DNA of 64,000 nt from an uncultured Pseudomonadota bacterium (GCA_963770835.1 CAVYRH010000019.1:256001-320000); one strand, 5' to 3'. Shown: positions 10,166 through 20,394, numbered from the stretch's first letter. The notes: generated from the sequence alone by a model not told the origin. Translations and numbers: made by a program.

Positions 10166-10645
10166 ATGAACGAAGCGGCAAAAAAGAAACTATTGAGGAT
10201 GATTCCCCACGCCCTTTACGTCCTTACCAGTAAATCTGGCGGAAAAACGGTGGCTTCCACGGTTAGCTGGGTCACCCAGGCGTCCTTCCAGCCCCCGTTG
10301 GTGGCCGTGGTTTTAAAAAAGGATACCCACACCTTGGACGTGGTGAACCAAGCCCAAAGCTTCGTCCTGAATTTCCTGGGAATGGACCAAAAAGATGTCG
10401 CGCAGAAGTTTTTCAAGCACGTGGAGCCGGAGGGAAACCACATGGCCGGAGAGGTTTTTCAGGACAGCCCGGTCTTAAAGCACCCCCTCTTTCCGAAAAT
10501 GGCGGGTTTCGTGGAATGCCGGGTCGTGGGGAGCCTGGATAAGGGAGACCACCTGTTGATGGTGGCCGAAATCTTGGAGGCTGAAACGGGGCCCCTGGAA
10601 GGCCCCTTGTTGTTATCCTCGACTGGTTGGCAATACGGCGGTTAA
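10166..10645 (+). CDS. Flavin reductase family protein
   Basis: SWVTQASFQPPLV, ECRV...GDH motif. Confidence 0.9.
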   Translation: MNEAAKKKLLRMIPHALYVLTSKSGGKTVASTVSWVTQASFQPPLVAVVLKKDTHTLDVVNQAQSFVLNFLGMDQKDVAQKFFKHVEPEGNHMAGEVFQDSPVLKHPLFPKMAGFVECRVVGSLDKGDHLLMVAEILEAETGPLEGPLLLSSTGWQYGG

Positions 10646-11223
10646 TTCGGTCCCAGTTGTTTTAAAAGGGTTTCCAGGTCGGGGGCCTTTTCGAACTTCA
10701 CCTCGAAACCGGTGCGTTTTCGCGGGTCTTTTTCATGCAACAACAGATATTTTTCCCCCTCGTACAACCAGGAAAGAAAAGAATTCAGGATTTCCTCTAA
10801 TTTTCCGGAAACTTCGGAGCCATGGGGGGCCTCCAGCCGGTCGTTGACGAAAACCTGCAAGTGGTTGACCGCAAACTTCACCTTGCCTGCCGCTTCGGGC
10901 TCCTTTTCCAAAAGGGAGCAGGCTTTCAAGGCCCGCCGGAATGCGGTTTTCAGGTGCTCTTGCTTGCTTTTTTCGGGCGTCCGCTTTTGGCTGTAAAGGA
11001 AGCCCCTCTTGCCATCCATCTCATCCACACTGTAATTGGCCTCTTGGGCGACCAGCAGTACGCCGGGCCCCTGGTGCACGTGGGAATATTCGGCCACATC
11101 CACCAGTAAACCCTCCAGTTTATCCTCTTGGATCCAACGGTGGAAAACAGGAATAAAGGAGGAAAGCGGCAGTTCCCCGCCTTTTTCCAGGAAAAATTTT
11201 ACGCCAATTTTTTGCAGGTTCAT
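10642..11223 (-). CDS. Hypothetical protein downstream of sulfite/nitrite reductase
   Basis: Clean 193-aa ORF 24 nt after the reductase, same strand; FIPVFHRWIQ...VAEYSHVHQGPG. Confidence 0.75.
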   Translation of the reverse strand: MNLQKIGVKFFLEKGGELPLSSFIPVFHRWIQEDKLEGLLVDVAEYSHVHQGPGVLLVAQEANYSVDEMDGKRGFLYSQKRTPEKSKQEHLKTAFRRALKACSLLEKEPEAAGKVKFAVNHLQVFVNDRLEAPHGSEVSGKLEEILNSFLSWLYEGEKYLLLHEKDPRKRTGFEVKFEKAPDLETLLKQLGPN

Positions 11224-11247
11224 TTTTCCCTCAATGGAAACGAAAAT

Positions 11248-13518
11248 TTATTTGTTCAGCAGGGCGGCAGGTGACGGGGCGGCGTTGGCGACATAACTAT
11301 GGACCGCCTCCAGGAATAACTGGGCTTCCTCGACCCGCCGGTGGGCCTCGTCCGGGTTGGGATTCGGCAACCGGTTTTCTTGAGCCTTGAACAAATAGGC
11401 CGCAAACTGGGTGTTGTTGACGTGTTTCACAAATTCGCCCGTATCGAAGAATCCCTTTCTGAATTCCGCGATGGTGGCTTCCGCGCTGCCCACCCATTCC
11501 CGGTTGCGGCTTCGCACCACGCCCTCGGCGGAAAAAATCATGGACTCATAAGCCAGGTCTACGGCGGCCTTGTAGTTTTTCTTGTCGAGTTCCACCTGGG
11601 CCTCAAAGGCCTTGCCTTCGGCCGCGGTGAGGGAGAATTCGGAAGGCTCGACCACTTCACCCGCGCATTCGCCCTTCCCGATATCGGCGATGGTGTATTC
11701 CCGCACATCCCCCCAGTCGGTGAAAAGCGAGGGCTCGGCATCGTGGGGTGGGATGGCCATCAGGTCCGACAGGATGTTCTTGATTTCCACTTTTCCAATG
11801 CGTTGGACGAAGTTCTGGAAGGTCTCGTTTTTTTGGCGTTCCTTGACGTATTTATCCGTCAATCGCTTCACCGTCTCGGGAATGCGTTTCGATGGCACGG
11901 CCGCCACCGCCAGGCCGTAGGAACCGCCGTTGTTCTTCCACTGCCCCCCCAGCACCAGCTGGAAGTGGGGCACCGTATAGGAACCCGACTTGCGGGAAAC
12001 GCCGTAAAAACCCAGGTCGGAAATGTGGTGCTGGCCGCAGGAATTGGGACAGCCGCTGACCTTGATCTTCAGGTTTTTGATCTCTTCCGGCATATCGGCC
12101 GTAATGGCATCCAGCCGGCTGGAAAGCTCCCGGGCCAGGCCCCGCGAGGCCGAGATGCCCAATTTGCAGGTATCCGTGCCGGGACAGGAGGTGATATCCG
12201 AAATGGTGTTGGCGCCGGCGGTGGAAAGGCCGATGGCCTGCAGTTCTTCAAAAAAGGCTGGCAGGTCAGCTTCACTCACCCACCGGAAGAGGAGGTTTTG
12301 TTCCACCGTTGTGCGCACCGTATCCTTCACATATTTGCGGGCCATTTCGGCCAGGACGCGCAGCTGGGTGGAGGTTAGGTCGCCCAAAGGCACCTTCACA
12401 TAGACGGAAACGTAACCATACTGGGGCTGTTGATAAGCATTGGTCTTTTTCCAATCCAAAAAACCCTTGGGGAAGGAGGAGGCCTTGAGATTTTCGGCCT
12501 TGTGGGCAGGCTTTTCCTCTTCCTTACTATATTGTTCGATCAGGCTGGTCCAGCGCGGATCCTGGGTAAGAACCTTGCGTTCTTCGATGACAAGCTTCCG
12601 GAATTCCTCGATGCCCAGTTTGGCCACTAAGAACTTGATACGGGCCATGCCGCGGATCTTCTTTTCCCCCAGGCGGCCGTAAACCCGGGCCACGGCCTGG
12701 GTAATAGGCAGGATCTCCTCGGCTGGGTGGTTTTCAAAGAGCAGTTTGGCGTTGTAAGGCACCGGGCCTAGTCCACCCCCCACGTAGACGTCGAAAGCCT
12801 TCTTTTCCTTGCCGCCGGCCATGACCTTCTTGGCGGTGAACCCCATATCGTGCATGTTCACCAGCCCACAGCCCTCGTGGGCGCAGCCGGAAAAGGCGAT
12901 TTTGAATTTGCGCCCGAAATCCTGCGCGTCCGGGTGGCCCAGCATGAATTTGAAGATGGCTTTGGAGTAGGGGGTGACGTCGAAGGACTCAGTGCGGCAG
13001 ACCCCGGCCAGGGGACAGGCCGTCACGTTCCTTACCGAATTACCGCAAGCCTCCCGCGTGGTAATACCCACAGCCCCCAAACGCCGCATGATGTCGGGGG
13101 TGTCCTCCACGTGGATAAAGTGGAGTTGGAAATCCTGCCGGGTGGTGATGTGGCCGATTCCGTCTGAATACTCTTCCGCCAGGTCGGCCATCACGTCCAA
13201 CTGGTCGGCGGTGATGCCGCCCCAGGGAAACTTGATGCGCTGCATGCCGGGAGCGTCCCAGTGGGTGTCCGGGCCCTTCCAGAGGCCGTCGTTGGGGTAT
13301 TTTAGGTGACGGATTTGCTTGCCGTCATTGCGGTGGCCGTTGTCGTAGCGTTGGCCGTAAGCGCCCCGGCGCAGCCGGGTTTCGGCAAAAATACGGGGTT
13401 CGATCTTCCCCTGTTTGTTCAGGCCGATCTGGGCCTCAAAATCGTCAATTTCCCTGGCCCAGTCGGGTGGAATGGTTCCTTGAAGTTCAGTTTTCCAACT
13501 TTTGTTTTCGGTGGCCAT
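11248..13518 (-). CDS. Siroheme/[4Fe-4S] nitrite/sulfite reductase with helical C-terminal extension
   Basis: HITTRQDFQLH, GNSVRNV, RKFKIAFSGC, SCPGTDTC, VSGCPNSCGQH. Confidence 0.92.
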   Translation of the reverse strand: MATENKSWKTELQGTIPPDWAREIDDFEAQIGLNKQGKIEPRIFAETRLRRGAYGQRYDNGHRNDGKQIRHLKYPNDGLWKGPDTHWDAPGMQRIKFPWGGITADQLDVMADLAEEYSDGIGHITTRQDFQLHFIHVEDTPDIMRRLGAVGITTREACGNSVRNVTACPLAGVCRTESFDVTPYSKAIFKFMLGHPDAQDFGRKFKIAFSGCAHEGCGLVNMHDMGFTAKKVMAGGKEKKAFDVYVGGGLGPVPYNAKLLFENHPAEEILPITQAVARVYGRLGEKKIRGMARIKFLVAKLGIEEFRKLVIEERKVLTQDPRWTSLIEQYSKEEEKPAHKAENLKASSFPKGFLDWKKTNAYQQPQYGYVSVYVKVPLGDLTSTQLRVLAEMARKYVKDTVRTTVEQNLLFRWVSEADLPAFFEELQAIGLSTAGANTISDITSCPGTDTCKLGISASRGLARELSSRLDAITADMPEEIKNLKIKVSGCPNSCGQHHISDLGFYGVSRKSGSYTVPHFQLVLGGQWKNNGGSYGLAVAAVPSKRIPETVKRLTDKYVKERQKNETFQNFVQRIGKVEIKNILSDLMAIPPHDAEPSLFTDWGDVREYTIADIGKGECAGEVVEPSEFSLTAAEGKAFEAQVELDKKNYKAAVDLAYESMIFSAEGVVRSRNREWVGSAEATIAEFRKGFFDTGEFVKHVNNTQFAAYLFKAQENRLPNPNPDEAHRRVEEAQLFLEAVHSYVANAAPSPAALLNK

Positions 13519-13694
13519 GGGTCTTCTTTCGATAAGGCTTCAGAAGCGAAGGTCTTTTGTACACTAACGGCGCCTTCAAAATCAATGCGTTATTTTCGCG
13601 GAAAGGCCGACTATAATGAACCGGAAATCAGCCAGGTATCATGGACAAGTTGGGAAGTGGTTGTCATTAACTTGATCAACGGAAAACAACCTTT

Positions 13695-15569
13695 GTGAAA
13701 ATACCCTTTCCGCCCACGAAAACCCTCTGGGCCATCGCTACCGCACCGTTGATTATGGCCGTCCTTTATCTTTTCGTTGCTTATCCCCGCTTTTGTCCCG
13801 AACCGGCCATCCTTTGGGAACATCCGCTGGTACTGGTGATCTGGTTGATGGTCACCGGAATATTCGCATTGGTCGTCCGGGAAATCCTTCTTCGGCTGAG
13901 ACTTCGCCTTTCCTTTATTCCATTCGTGGTCATCCCTACGGTGAGTTTCTATTGCCTTTACGTCATTTACACCGCTTCCATTATCGGCAACCTCGCTTGG
14001 GAATCCCCTCCCAATTACAAGCAGATCCTGCCTTTTCTTCCCAACCTGATGGAACTGGCCGACAACTTCAATATACCCCGGCCCTTGGTGGTAGCCTTTG
14101 GGGCGGGGCCCCTCGTCGTTTTTATTGCCATCTTCGTAGTGAACTCGAAGGGATTGGCGGCTTGGCACTGGTCGATCCGTGAAAGCGTCATGACGGCCTC
14201 CCCTTCCCGCCGCTTTTTGGTGCTCCTGGGATCCCTTGTTCCCGTGGCGGTCTTATCCTCTATCCTGTCTTCCGACCCCCAAATCCAGGGAAGTTTAAAA
14301 TTCAACGGCGAGCCCATCGAGACCTTTTTCACGACCGAGCCGGTCCCCTTTGCCATGTCGAAGGAAAGGGTTTTCTGGTCCAAAAAGGACCGGGATGTGG
14401 AACTCAAGGTGCGGGGAAAAATCCCCCAGGTCCATAACATTTTTATTTTCGTCGTGGACGCCCTCCGAGCCGACCACCTTCCCAGTTACGGCTATAACCG
14501 ACCTTTGACGCCTTTCCTTTCCGTATTCCTTCCCACGGCCAATGTCCGCCAAATCGACATGGCCCTTTCGACGGGCCTGGACACCCTGACGGGCACCATT
14601 TGTTTACAGGCTTCCAAGGAGCCCCTGGCCGTCAGCCAGTTCAACTACACCCTCCCGGATTACCTGGCCGACGAGGGGTTTAAAACCTTACTGATCCTGG
14701 CGGGAGACCACCACTGGCAGCTTGCGCACCAGGCTTTCGGGAGAAAAATCGACCTCTTCTATGACGGCAGCGAGCACCCGGGGCCGGGTGGGGCTTGTGA
14801 CGACAACCTGGTGGTGGACGAAGTGGCCAACCTGCATCCCGACGACGGGGGTTACCATTATTTCTACATCCACCTTTTATCGGTTCATCCCCTGGGGGTG
14901 ATCGACGATAAATACCTCCAATACCTGCCCATCCGCAACCTCATTATCGAAAACAATCCCTTCCTGAATGACAACATCATCGCAGGTATCCGCAACCTCT
15001 ACGACGACCGGATTCTCCAATGGGACGACGTCATGAAGAAGTTGCTGGCCTGTCTCCAGCAAAAAGGCTACCTGAATGATTACATCGCGGTGATTACAGC
15101 CGACCACGGCCAGCTCCTGGGGGAAAAGGGCAAATACGGCCATGGCCATTACGCGGATATCGAGGCCATGCGGATCCCGATGATCTTTTTTGGTTCCAAG
15201 CCCCTTCCACCTTTCCCCGAGACCCGTTTCGGGGTGCAGATTGACATCCCCCCCACCCTGGTGGAAATGGCAGGCTTGGAGACCCTCTCCAGTTGGCAAG
15301 GCCAATCCCTTTTGAGGCCCCGGGAAAATCCCTGGAGTTACCACCTAAGCCCCTATTCCCATTCAGGGCAAGAAGGCGCGGTGGTTTTTTATTCGCAGGA
15401 TAAAATCCTAAAGTATTCGAGAACGCTGGAGGATTTCGAGGGAAAACCCGGTGAGTTATACGACCTTGAAAAAGACCCCCAAGAAACGAACAACCTAGTG
15501 GATCACTTTGATCCCGATTTTTTGGGGGTGATCCGCAGCCATGCCCTGGCCAACCTTACGTCTTATTAA
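13695..15569 (+). CDS. Membrane-anchored sulfatase-fold hydrolase/transferase (LtaS-like), copy 1
   Basis: About 5 N-terminal TMs; VVDALRADH, TADHGQ, GHG, RIPMIF, ELYDLEKDP. Confidence 0.85.
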   Translation: MKIPFPPTKTLWAIATAPLIMAVLYLFVAYPRFCPEPAILWEHPLVLVIWLMVTGIFALVVREILLRLRLRLSFIPFVVIPTVSFYCLYVIYTASIIGNLAWESPPNYKQILPFLPNLMELADNFNIPRPLVVAFGAGPLVVFIAIFVVNSKGLAAWHWSIRESVMTASPSRRFLVLLGSLVPVAVLSSILSSDPQIQGSLKFNGEPIETFFTTEPVPFAMSKERVFWSKKDRDVELKVRGKIPQVHNIFIFVVDALRADHLPSYGYNRPLTPFLSVFLPTANVRQIDMALSTGLDTLTGTICLQASKEPLAVSQFNYTLPDYLADEGFKTLLILAGDHHWQLAHQAFGRKIDLFYDGSEHPGPGGACDDNLVVDEVANLHPDDGGYHYFYIHLLSVHPLGVIDDKYLQYLPIRNLIIENNPFLNDNIIAGIRNLYDDRILQWDDVMKKLLACLQQKGYLNDYIAVITADHGQLLGEKGKYGHGHYADIEAMRIPMIFFGSKPLPPFPETRFGVQIDIPPTLVEMAGLETLSSWQGQSLLRPRENPWSYHLSPYSHSGQEGAVVFYSQDKILKYSRTLEDFEGKPGELYDLEKDPQETNNLVDHFDPDFLGVIRSHALANLTSY

Positions 15570-15620
15570 ACCAATGGGCTGGAATTTTTCTCGTCTCCAT
15601 CCATCTGCGAGGTGTGAAAT

Positions 15621-17510
15621 TTGAAAACAAACGTCCCATTTCCCAAAATGCGGTCCCTTTGGCCCATCATGATGCCCCCCCTCCTGATGGCGGTCTCCTA
15701 TATCGCCATTTCCTATCCCCGCTTTTGTCCCGACATCTCCTTTATTTGGGAACACCTCTATGTTTTGTCCATTTGGCTGACCACCACCGTTGCCTTGATG
15801 TTCCTCGTCCGGGAGTTGCTTATCCGAGCACGTTTACGCTTTATCTTCCTGCCAGCCGTCACAATCCCGACTTTAAGCTGTTTTGGCCTTTACCTCATTT
15901 ATACCTGCGCCCTTTTGGGAAATTTTTCCTGGGGAGTGCTGCCTAGTTACAACACAGTCCTCCTCTTTGGGCCCCATCTTTTCGAGTTGGCCGACAACTT
16001 CGAAATCCCCCGGTTCTTCGTGATCACACTTTTTCTCTTTCCGATCGTGGGATTCATCCTTATTTTCCAGGGACGTATCCGTGAAATGGTCGTTTGGCAT
16101 TGGTCCCTGCGCGAAAGTTTTATGCAGTTACGATGGCGCCATCGCCTATCGATCACCGGGGTCGCGGTCCTGGTCTGGATTTTTTTCCTGGCGTCCTTGT
16201 GGACCGCCGATCCGGCCCTCCGGAAATTCGGTAACTTCAGTTATGACCCCGTCGTCAATTTTTTCAAACGGAACCGGGAGTTCTTCCCCATGACGGCCGA
16301 AAGGGTCTTGGCCATCCAAAAGGACCGGCATTTCGAGAAATACATGAGGCCCAAGCCCCCCCGCGTCCACAATGTCATCTTGATCGTCGTGGATGCCTTG
16401 CGGGCCGACCACCTGCCCGTTTACGGTTATCCGCGCCCCCTGACCCCCTTCCTGTCCGGCCTCCTTCCCAAGGTGCATTCCCGCAAGGTGGACCTGGTCC
16501 TTTCCAATGGATTTGATACCTTGACCGGTCTGCAGTGCCTCCTTTCCTCGAAAGAGCCCTGGGCCGCCAGCCAGTTCAATTACACCCTGGCGGACTTCAT
16601 GTCCGACAACGGTTTCGAGAACGATTTTGCGCTGGCCGGGGGTCACGGCTGGCAAAAGGAACATCATTCCTTCGGCAAAAGGATCGATTATTTTTACGAC
16701 GGAAGCGAGAACCCGGGGCCCGATGGGATCTGCGACGACGAGGTGGCCCTAAGGGGCCTGGCTGGATTAAAACCTGACGACGGGGGTTATCATTTCATCT
16801 ATGTTCACCTGATTTCCGTGCACCAATTGTCCACCCTTCACCAGGACTTTGAGATTTATGCGCCCATGCGCAATATCCTCAACTTGGTCTTCACGGGCGG
16901 CCAGGGGGCCGAAGAACTCACGGCGACAGCGAATATGTACGACGACCGTATCCTCCAGATGGACGGCAGCTTGCGGAAGGTTTTTTCCATCCTGGGGCAG
17001 AAGGGTTATTTGCGCGATTACGTGGGGGGTTTTACGGCGGACCATGGCCAACTCCTGGGAGAAAAAGGAAGATACGGCCACGGCTTTTACGCCACCCTGG
17101 GCGGTTTGCGGGTTCCCCTCGTTTTCTTCGGGTCCAAGCCCCTGCCGCCCCTGGCCCAGTCCCATTTCGCTATTCAAGTGGACATCGCCCCCACCTTGGC
17201 GGACCTGGCCGGGTTGGGTTTGGTCAATTGTTGGCAGGGCCAGTCCCTGCTGAGGTCCAGGGCCAACCCCTGGAGCATTCATTACAGCGTGCAAGCCTGG
17301 GAGGGGCGCGAGGAGGCGGTTGTTTATTCGGGAAACGGAAAGGTTCTCAAGTACGCGAGGACAGTTGGCGATAACCCGCGCGAAGAATCCGAGAATTTAT
17401 ACGATTTGGAAAAAGACCCGCTGGAAAATGAAAATTTGATCGGCCATTGCGACCCGAAATTCCTCAATCAAGTCCGGCTGGAAGCCGACGAACATTTTTC
17501 AAAGTACTGA
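15621..17510 (+). CDS. Membrane-anchored sulfatase-fold hydrolase/transferase (LtaS-like), copy 2
   Basis: Collinear paralogue of 13695..15569 with the same motifs. Confidence 0.85.
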   Translation: MKTNVPFPKMRSLWPIMMPPLLMAVSYIAISYPRFCPDISFIWEHLYVLSIWLTTTVALMFLVRELLIRARLRFIFLPAVTIPTLSCFGLYLIYTCALLGNFSWGVLPSYNTVLLFGPHLFELADNFEIPRFFVITLFLFPIVGFILIFQGRIREMVVWHWSLRESFMQLRWRHRLSITGVAVLVWIFFLASLWTADPALRKFGNFSYDPVVNFFKRNREFFPMTAERVLAIQKDRHFEKYMRPKPPRVHNVILIVVDALRADHLPVYGYPRPLTPFLSGLLPKVHSRKVDLVLSNGFDTLTGLQCLLSSKEPWAASQFNYTLADFMSDNGFENDFALAGGHGWQKEHHSFGKRIDYFYDGSENPGPDGICDDEVALRGLAGLKPDDGGYHFIYVHLISVHQLSTLHQDFEIYAPMRNILNLVFTGGQGAEELTATANMYDDRILQMDGSLRKVFSILGQKGYLRDYVGGFTADHGQLLGEKGRYGHGFYATLGGLRVPLVFFGSKPLPPLAQSHFAIQVDIAPTLADLAGLGLVNCWQGQSLLRSRANPWSIHYSVQAWEGREEAVVYSGNGKVLKYARTVGDNPREESENLYDLEKDPLENENLIGHCDPKFLNQVRLEADEHFSKY

Positions 17511-17537
17511 GGAAATTCCCCTTGAAGTGACCCTTGC

Positions 17538-18278
17538 CTAACCGGCCACCACTACGACGCGCTTTTCTCTTTCGGGATCCGGCAGCGGCTTTTCTAATTC
17601 GTCGATGTGATAAAAATCCACTCGTTCAAACCCTTCCTCCTTCAGCCATCGAGCCACTTCTTCCAGGGGATAAGCATAGTTCACAATCCGTTCCTTGAAG
17701 GTTCGCCCCCCGACCTCGCCCCTTAAGCGCATGGAAGCCCTTCTCCGGTCCCCGTCAAACTCGCCCTCACACTCGACCCTTTCCGTTTCCCATTGGGTCG
17801 ACTCCAGGGACATCCATTCCCTTAACCCCTCCAGGGTGTGAAAGTCGAAGGCAAACCGCCCGCCCCCGGCCAGGCATCGGCGCACCGACCGGAAGCAATC
17901 CCGGAGTTTTTCCTCCGACTCCAAGTGGTTCAGCACGTTGTAGGTGGAGAGGGCCATGCCGAAGGAACCCCCGATCTGGAACCGGGAAATATCCTCTTGC
18001 AAAAACCTTCCCTGGTGCTCCGCCACATAGCGCCAGCAGCGGTTTTCCGCCAGGAACAGCATGAAGGGGGACCGGTCGAGCCCGACGCAGGAGTGGCCCG
18101 CTTCCAGGAACCGGAGGGCCAGGCGCCCCGTCCCGCAGCCTAAATCCAGGACAGGGAGCCGATGGATGGATGCGGGGAAGGAGGCGAAAAATTTGAGGAG
18201 ATAGGGAGCGGCATTTTCGACGTATCGGCAGAAATGGCGGTCGTAAAATTCGGCGAAGACTTCCCCATAAAGGTTCAT
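17538..18278 (-). CDS. Class I SAM-dependent methyltransferase
   Basis: VLDLGCGTG, GLDRSP, LAGGGRFAFD. Confidence 0.9.
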   Translation of the reverse strand: MNLYGEVFAEFYDRHFCRYVENAAPYLLKFFASFPASIHRLPVLDLGCGTGRLALRFLEAGHSCVGLDRSPFMLFLAENRCWRYVAEHQGRFLQEDISRFQIGGSFGMALSTYNVLNHLESEEKLRDCFRSVRRCLAGGGRFAFDFHTLEGLREWMSLESTQWETERVECEGEFDGDRRRASMRLRGEVGGRTFKERIVNYAYPLEEVARWLKEEGFERVDFYHIDELEKPLPDPEREKRVVVVAG

Positions 18279-18367
18279 GGCGCCCGCCCGGGGTCCATCG
18301 AAAGCGAAGAGGATGTCGGAGGGAAATGTCGGTGAAAAATGAGGGCCCGAAAAAATTTAAAGAATTC

Positions 18368-18646
18368 TTATTTGCGGGAGCGCAAATCCAGGTAGACTCC
18401 CTTTCCCTTCGCTTGGGCGGCGAAATCCAAAAGGCCCTTTTCCTGGCAAAATTCCCTTTCACTGTAGGGAAGATATTGCTCCTCCCGCAAGGCGCTGCCC
18501 CGCTGGCCGCAATCGACGCAAACAAAATCAATTTCAACTTGGAGGGAACCCTTGCCTTTTTGGCTGAGGACCCTTCCGTTCACCATCTTGACGCTTCCCT
18601 CACAGGAAGGACAATGAATGCTTTGGGCGTATTTAACCGGCTTCAT
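18368..18646 (-). CDS. Small hypothetical zinc-finger-like protein
   Basis: CPSC...CVDC pairs; GGAGG upstream of ATG. Confidence 0.6.
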   Translation of the reverse strand: MKPVKYAQSIHCPSCEGSVKMVNGRVLSQKGKGSLQVEIDFVCVDCGQRGSALREEQYLPYSEREFCQEKGLLDFAAQAKGKGVYLDLRSRK

Positions 18647-18781
18647 GCTGCTTCCTCCTTCTTATCAGGGATTGAAGTTTGTCGAAAAAGGGCGTGGATA
18701 TCAAGGCCTGAAATAGAGGGATTAGGGTACTCGAAGTCCTCTATAGGAAATATGAGGGAAATCAGCTTTTCCCGACAAACA

Positions 18782-18810
18782 AAAAGCCCCTGGAGGATTT
18801 CCAGGGGCTT
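18782..18810. terminator. Intrinsic terminator after small secreted protein gene
   Basis: AAAAGCCCCTGG-aggattt-CCAGGGGCTT; U-tract on minus strand. Confidence 0.7.
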
Positions 18811-18863
18811 AGGCTTGCTCCCTCCCGGGCGGTTGGGCCCGGGGCGGGTCGGCAAAAGAAGGA

Positions 18864-19058
18864 TTACTTGCTGGTGGGCGTTGTGGACGCGGCAGCAGGA
18901 GCAGGAACGCTCTTCTTAACCTTTTTCACCTTTTTGTGAGACTTGTGACTGGTCTTGGCCACCGGGGTGGTTGCGGGGGCAGTCCCCTGCGCGAAAACCA
19001 AGCCGGTTGTGCTTCCCAGGAACAACACCGTCATCAAAGCGGCAAATAACTTTTTCAT
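18864..19058 (-). CDS. Small secreted basic His/Lys-rich protein
   Basis: Signal peptide ending VFA; KTSHKSHKKVKKVKK; GGAGG RBS; own terminator. Confidence 0.7.
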   Translation of the reverse strand: MKKLFAALMTVLFLGSTTGLVFAQGTAPATTPVAKTSHKSHKKVKKVKKSVPAPAAASTTPTSK

Positions 19059-19200
19059 CGAAATCCTCCAAACCCTTTCGGGTCCTTTTTTATTTTGGGG
19101 ACTATCTTCATCCCACGCTTATAAGACGCAGCACCATCGGTAAAAGTTGCAGCGATTAAAGGGGCCCTTTCTTAGGTTTTATAAGCAGAGTCTTAATTTG

Positions 19201-20274
19201 TCATTGCGAGGAACTTTGCTTGTTGGCTTCCGCCGAAAAGGAGCCGGACCCCAAAATCTTGCGGAACTCCTTCCCGATGCCGATCAGGGTCAGCTGGTTC
19301 AAGGGAAATTCCAGAAGGACGTGGGTGAAGCTGAGGAAGAAAAGCCAGCGCAATCCCACCGAATAATTGTAGGCATAAAGGGCTAGGGAACCTCCCCAAA
19401 GCGCCAGGATGGCCAAGGCACGGCGGCGCGGAATCTCATGCCAGCCGATGATGGAGGTTTTGGAGAACCAGTTGAAGTAATGATAGGTATAGGCAAAAGC
19501 CACGAAGGACATGAAGGAGAGGGCCAAGGGATTTTGGTACAGGAAATCGTTGGCGGCTTTCACGTAAGCGCCCAAGCCCCCGGCCGGGCTCCCGAAATCA
19601 TGCCAGTGGAACGCTTTCATCACGTAGTAATTCATGGTGATAAAGGGGCTGGACCCCGTTCCGTTCTCTTGGAGATGCCCATAGTTGTCCCTAGCGTATC
19701 CGCTCACCAGGTAACCCGCGTGGGACGGATGCCATAAGAGAAGGACGACCGCGAGGGTCACGAAAACCAATAGGGAAAGCATGCCCGAAAGGTTCCGGCC
19801 CCTTAAGGCGCCCACCAAAATGAACATTCCAGTGAAGAGAAAAACATGGACCAAGGTCGGCAAAAACAGCCCGAAAAAAGCCGCGCCGGGCCCGGAGGAG
19901 GTGAGCAGGAAAGCGGCCAGGGCCGCCGGAACCAAACCCATCCAGCGGGCCGCGGCGTTCTTGAACAGGGTGAAGAAGCCCGCGCCTAAAAAGGCCACGC
20001 ATGTGAGAAACTCTACCGAGCCCTTGGGCGCGAAGGGCGCCCACCCGAAGAATAGAATGCTGACCAGGACGCTGATGCCCGTCAAAAAGAGGCCGTCATG
20101 TTTTCCTGGCGTGTAGTAATTCCGGTCGTGAAGCCAGGAAATCTCGGTCAAGTAATGGAGCGGCCCCAACACGGCGTAGGCCAGGAGGAACGCTTCGAAG
20201 GGGAAGAAAAACGCCAGGGCAGCCGAAAGCATCATCAGGGCGATGTTGAGATAATTGACCTGGTTGGCACTCAA
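19201..20274 (-). CDS. Polytopic membrane protein of unknown function with His motifs
   Basis: Many TMs; GPLHYLTE, LVHVF, TYHYFNW, THVLLE. Confidence 0.8.
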   Translation of the reverse strand: MSANQVNYLNIALMMLSAALAFFFPFEAFLLAYAVLGPLHYLTEISWLHDRNYYTPGKHDGLFLTGISVLVSILFFGWAPFAPKGSVEFLTCVAFLGAGFFTLFKNAAARWMGLVPAALAAFLLTSSGPGAAFFGLFLPTLVHVFLFTGMFILVGALRGRNLSGMLSLLVFVTLAVVLLLWHPSHAGYLVSGYARDNYGHLQENGTGSSPFITMNYYVMKAFHWHDFGSPAGGLGAYVKAANDFLYQNPLALSFMSFVAFAYTYHYFNWFSKTSIIGWHEIPRRRALAILALWGGSLALYAYNYSVGLRWLFFLSFTHVLLEFPLNQLTLIGIGKEFRKILGSGSFSAEANKQSSSQ

Positions 20275-20394
20275 TGGGATTTCCTTTTATCCACGCCTGA
20301 TTTTCCTTGTTCTTTATCATTTTAAGACTGGCGATTAACCCTTCCACAATAAAAAAAGAAAAGGTATTCTTAACAGCGGTCAAAATCCCCTGTT

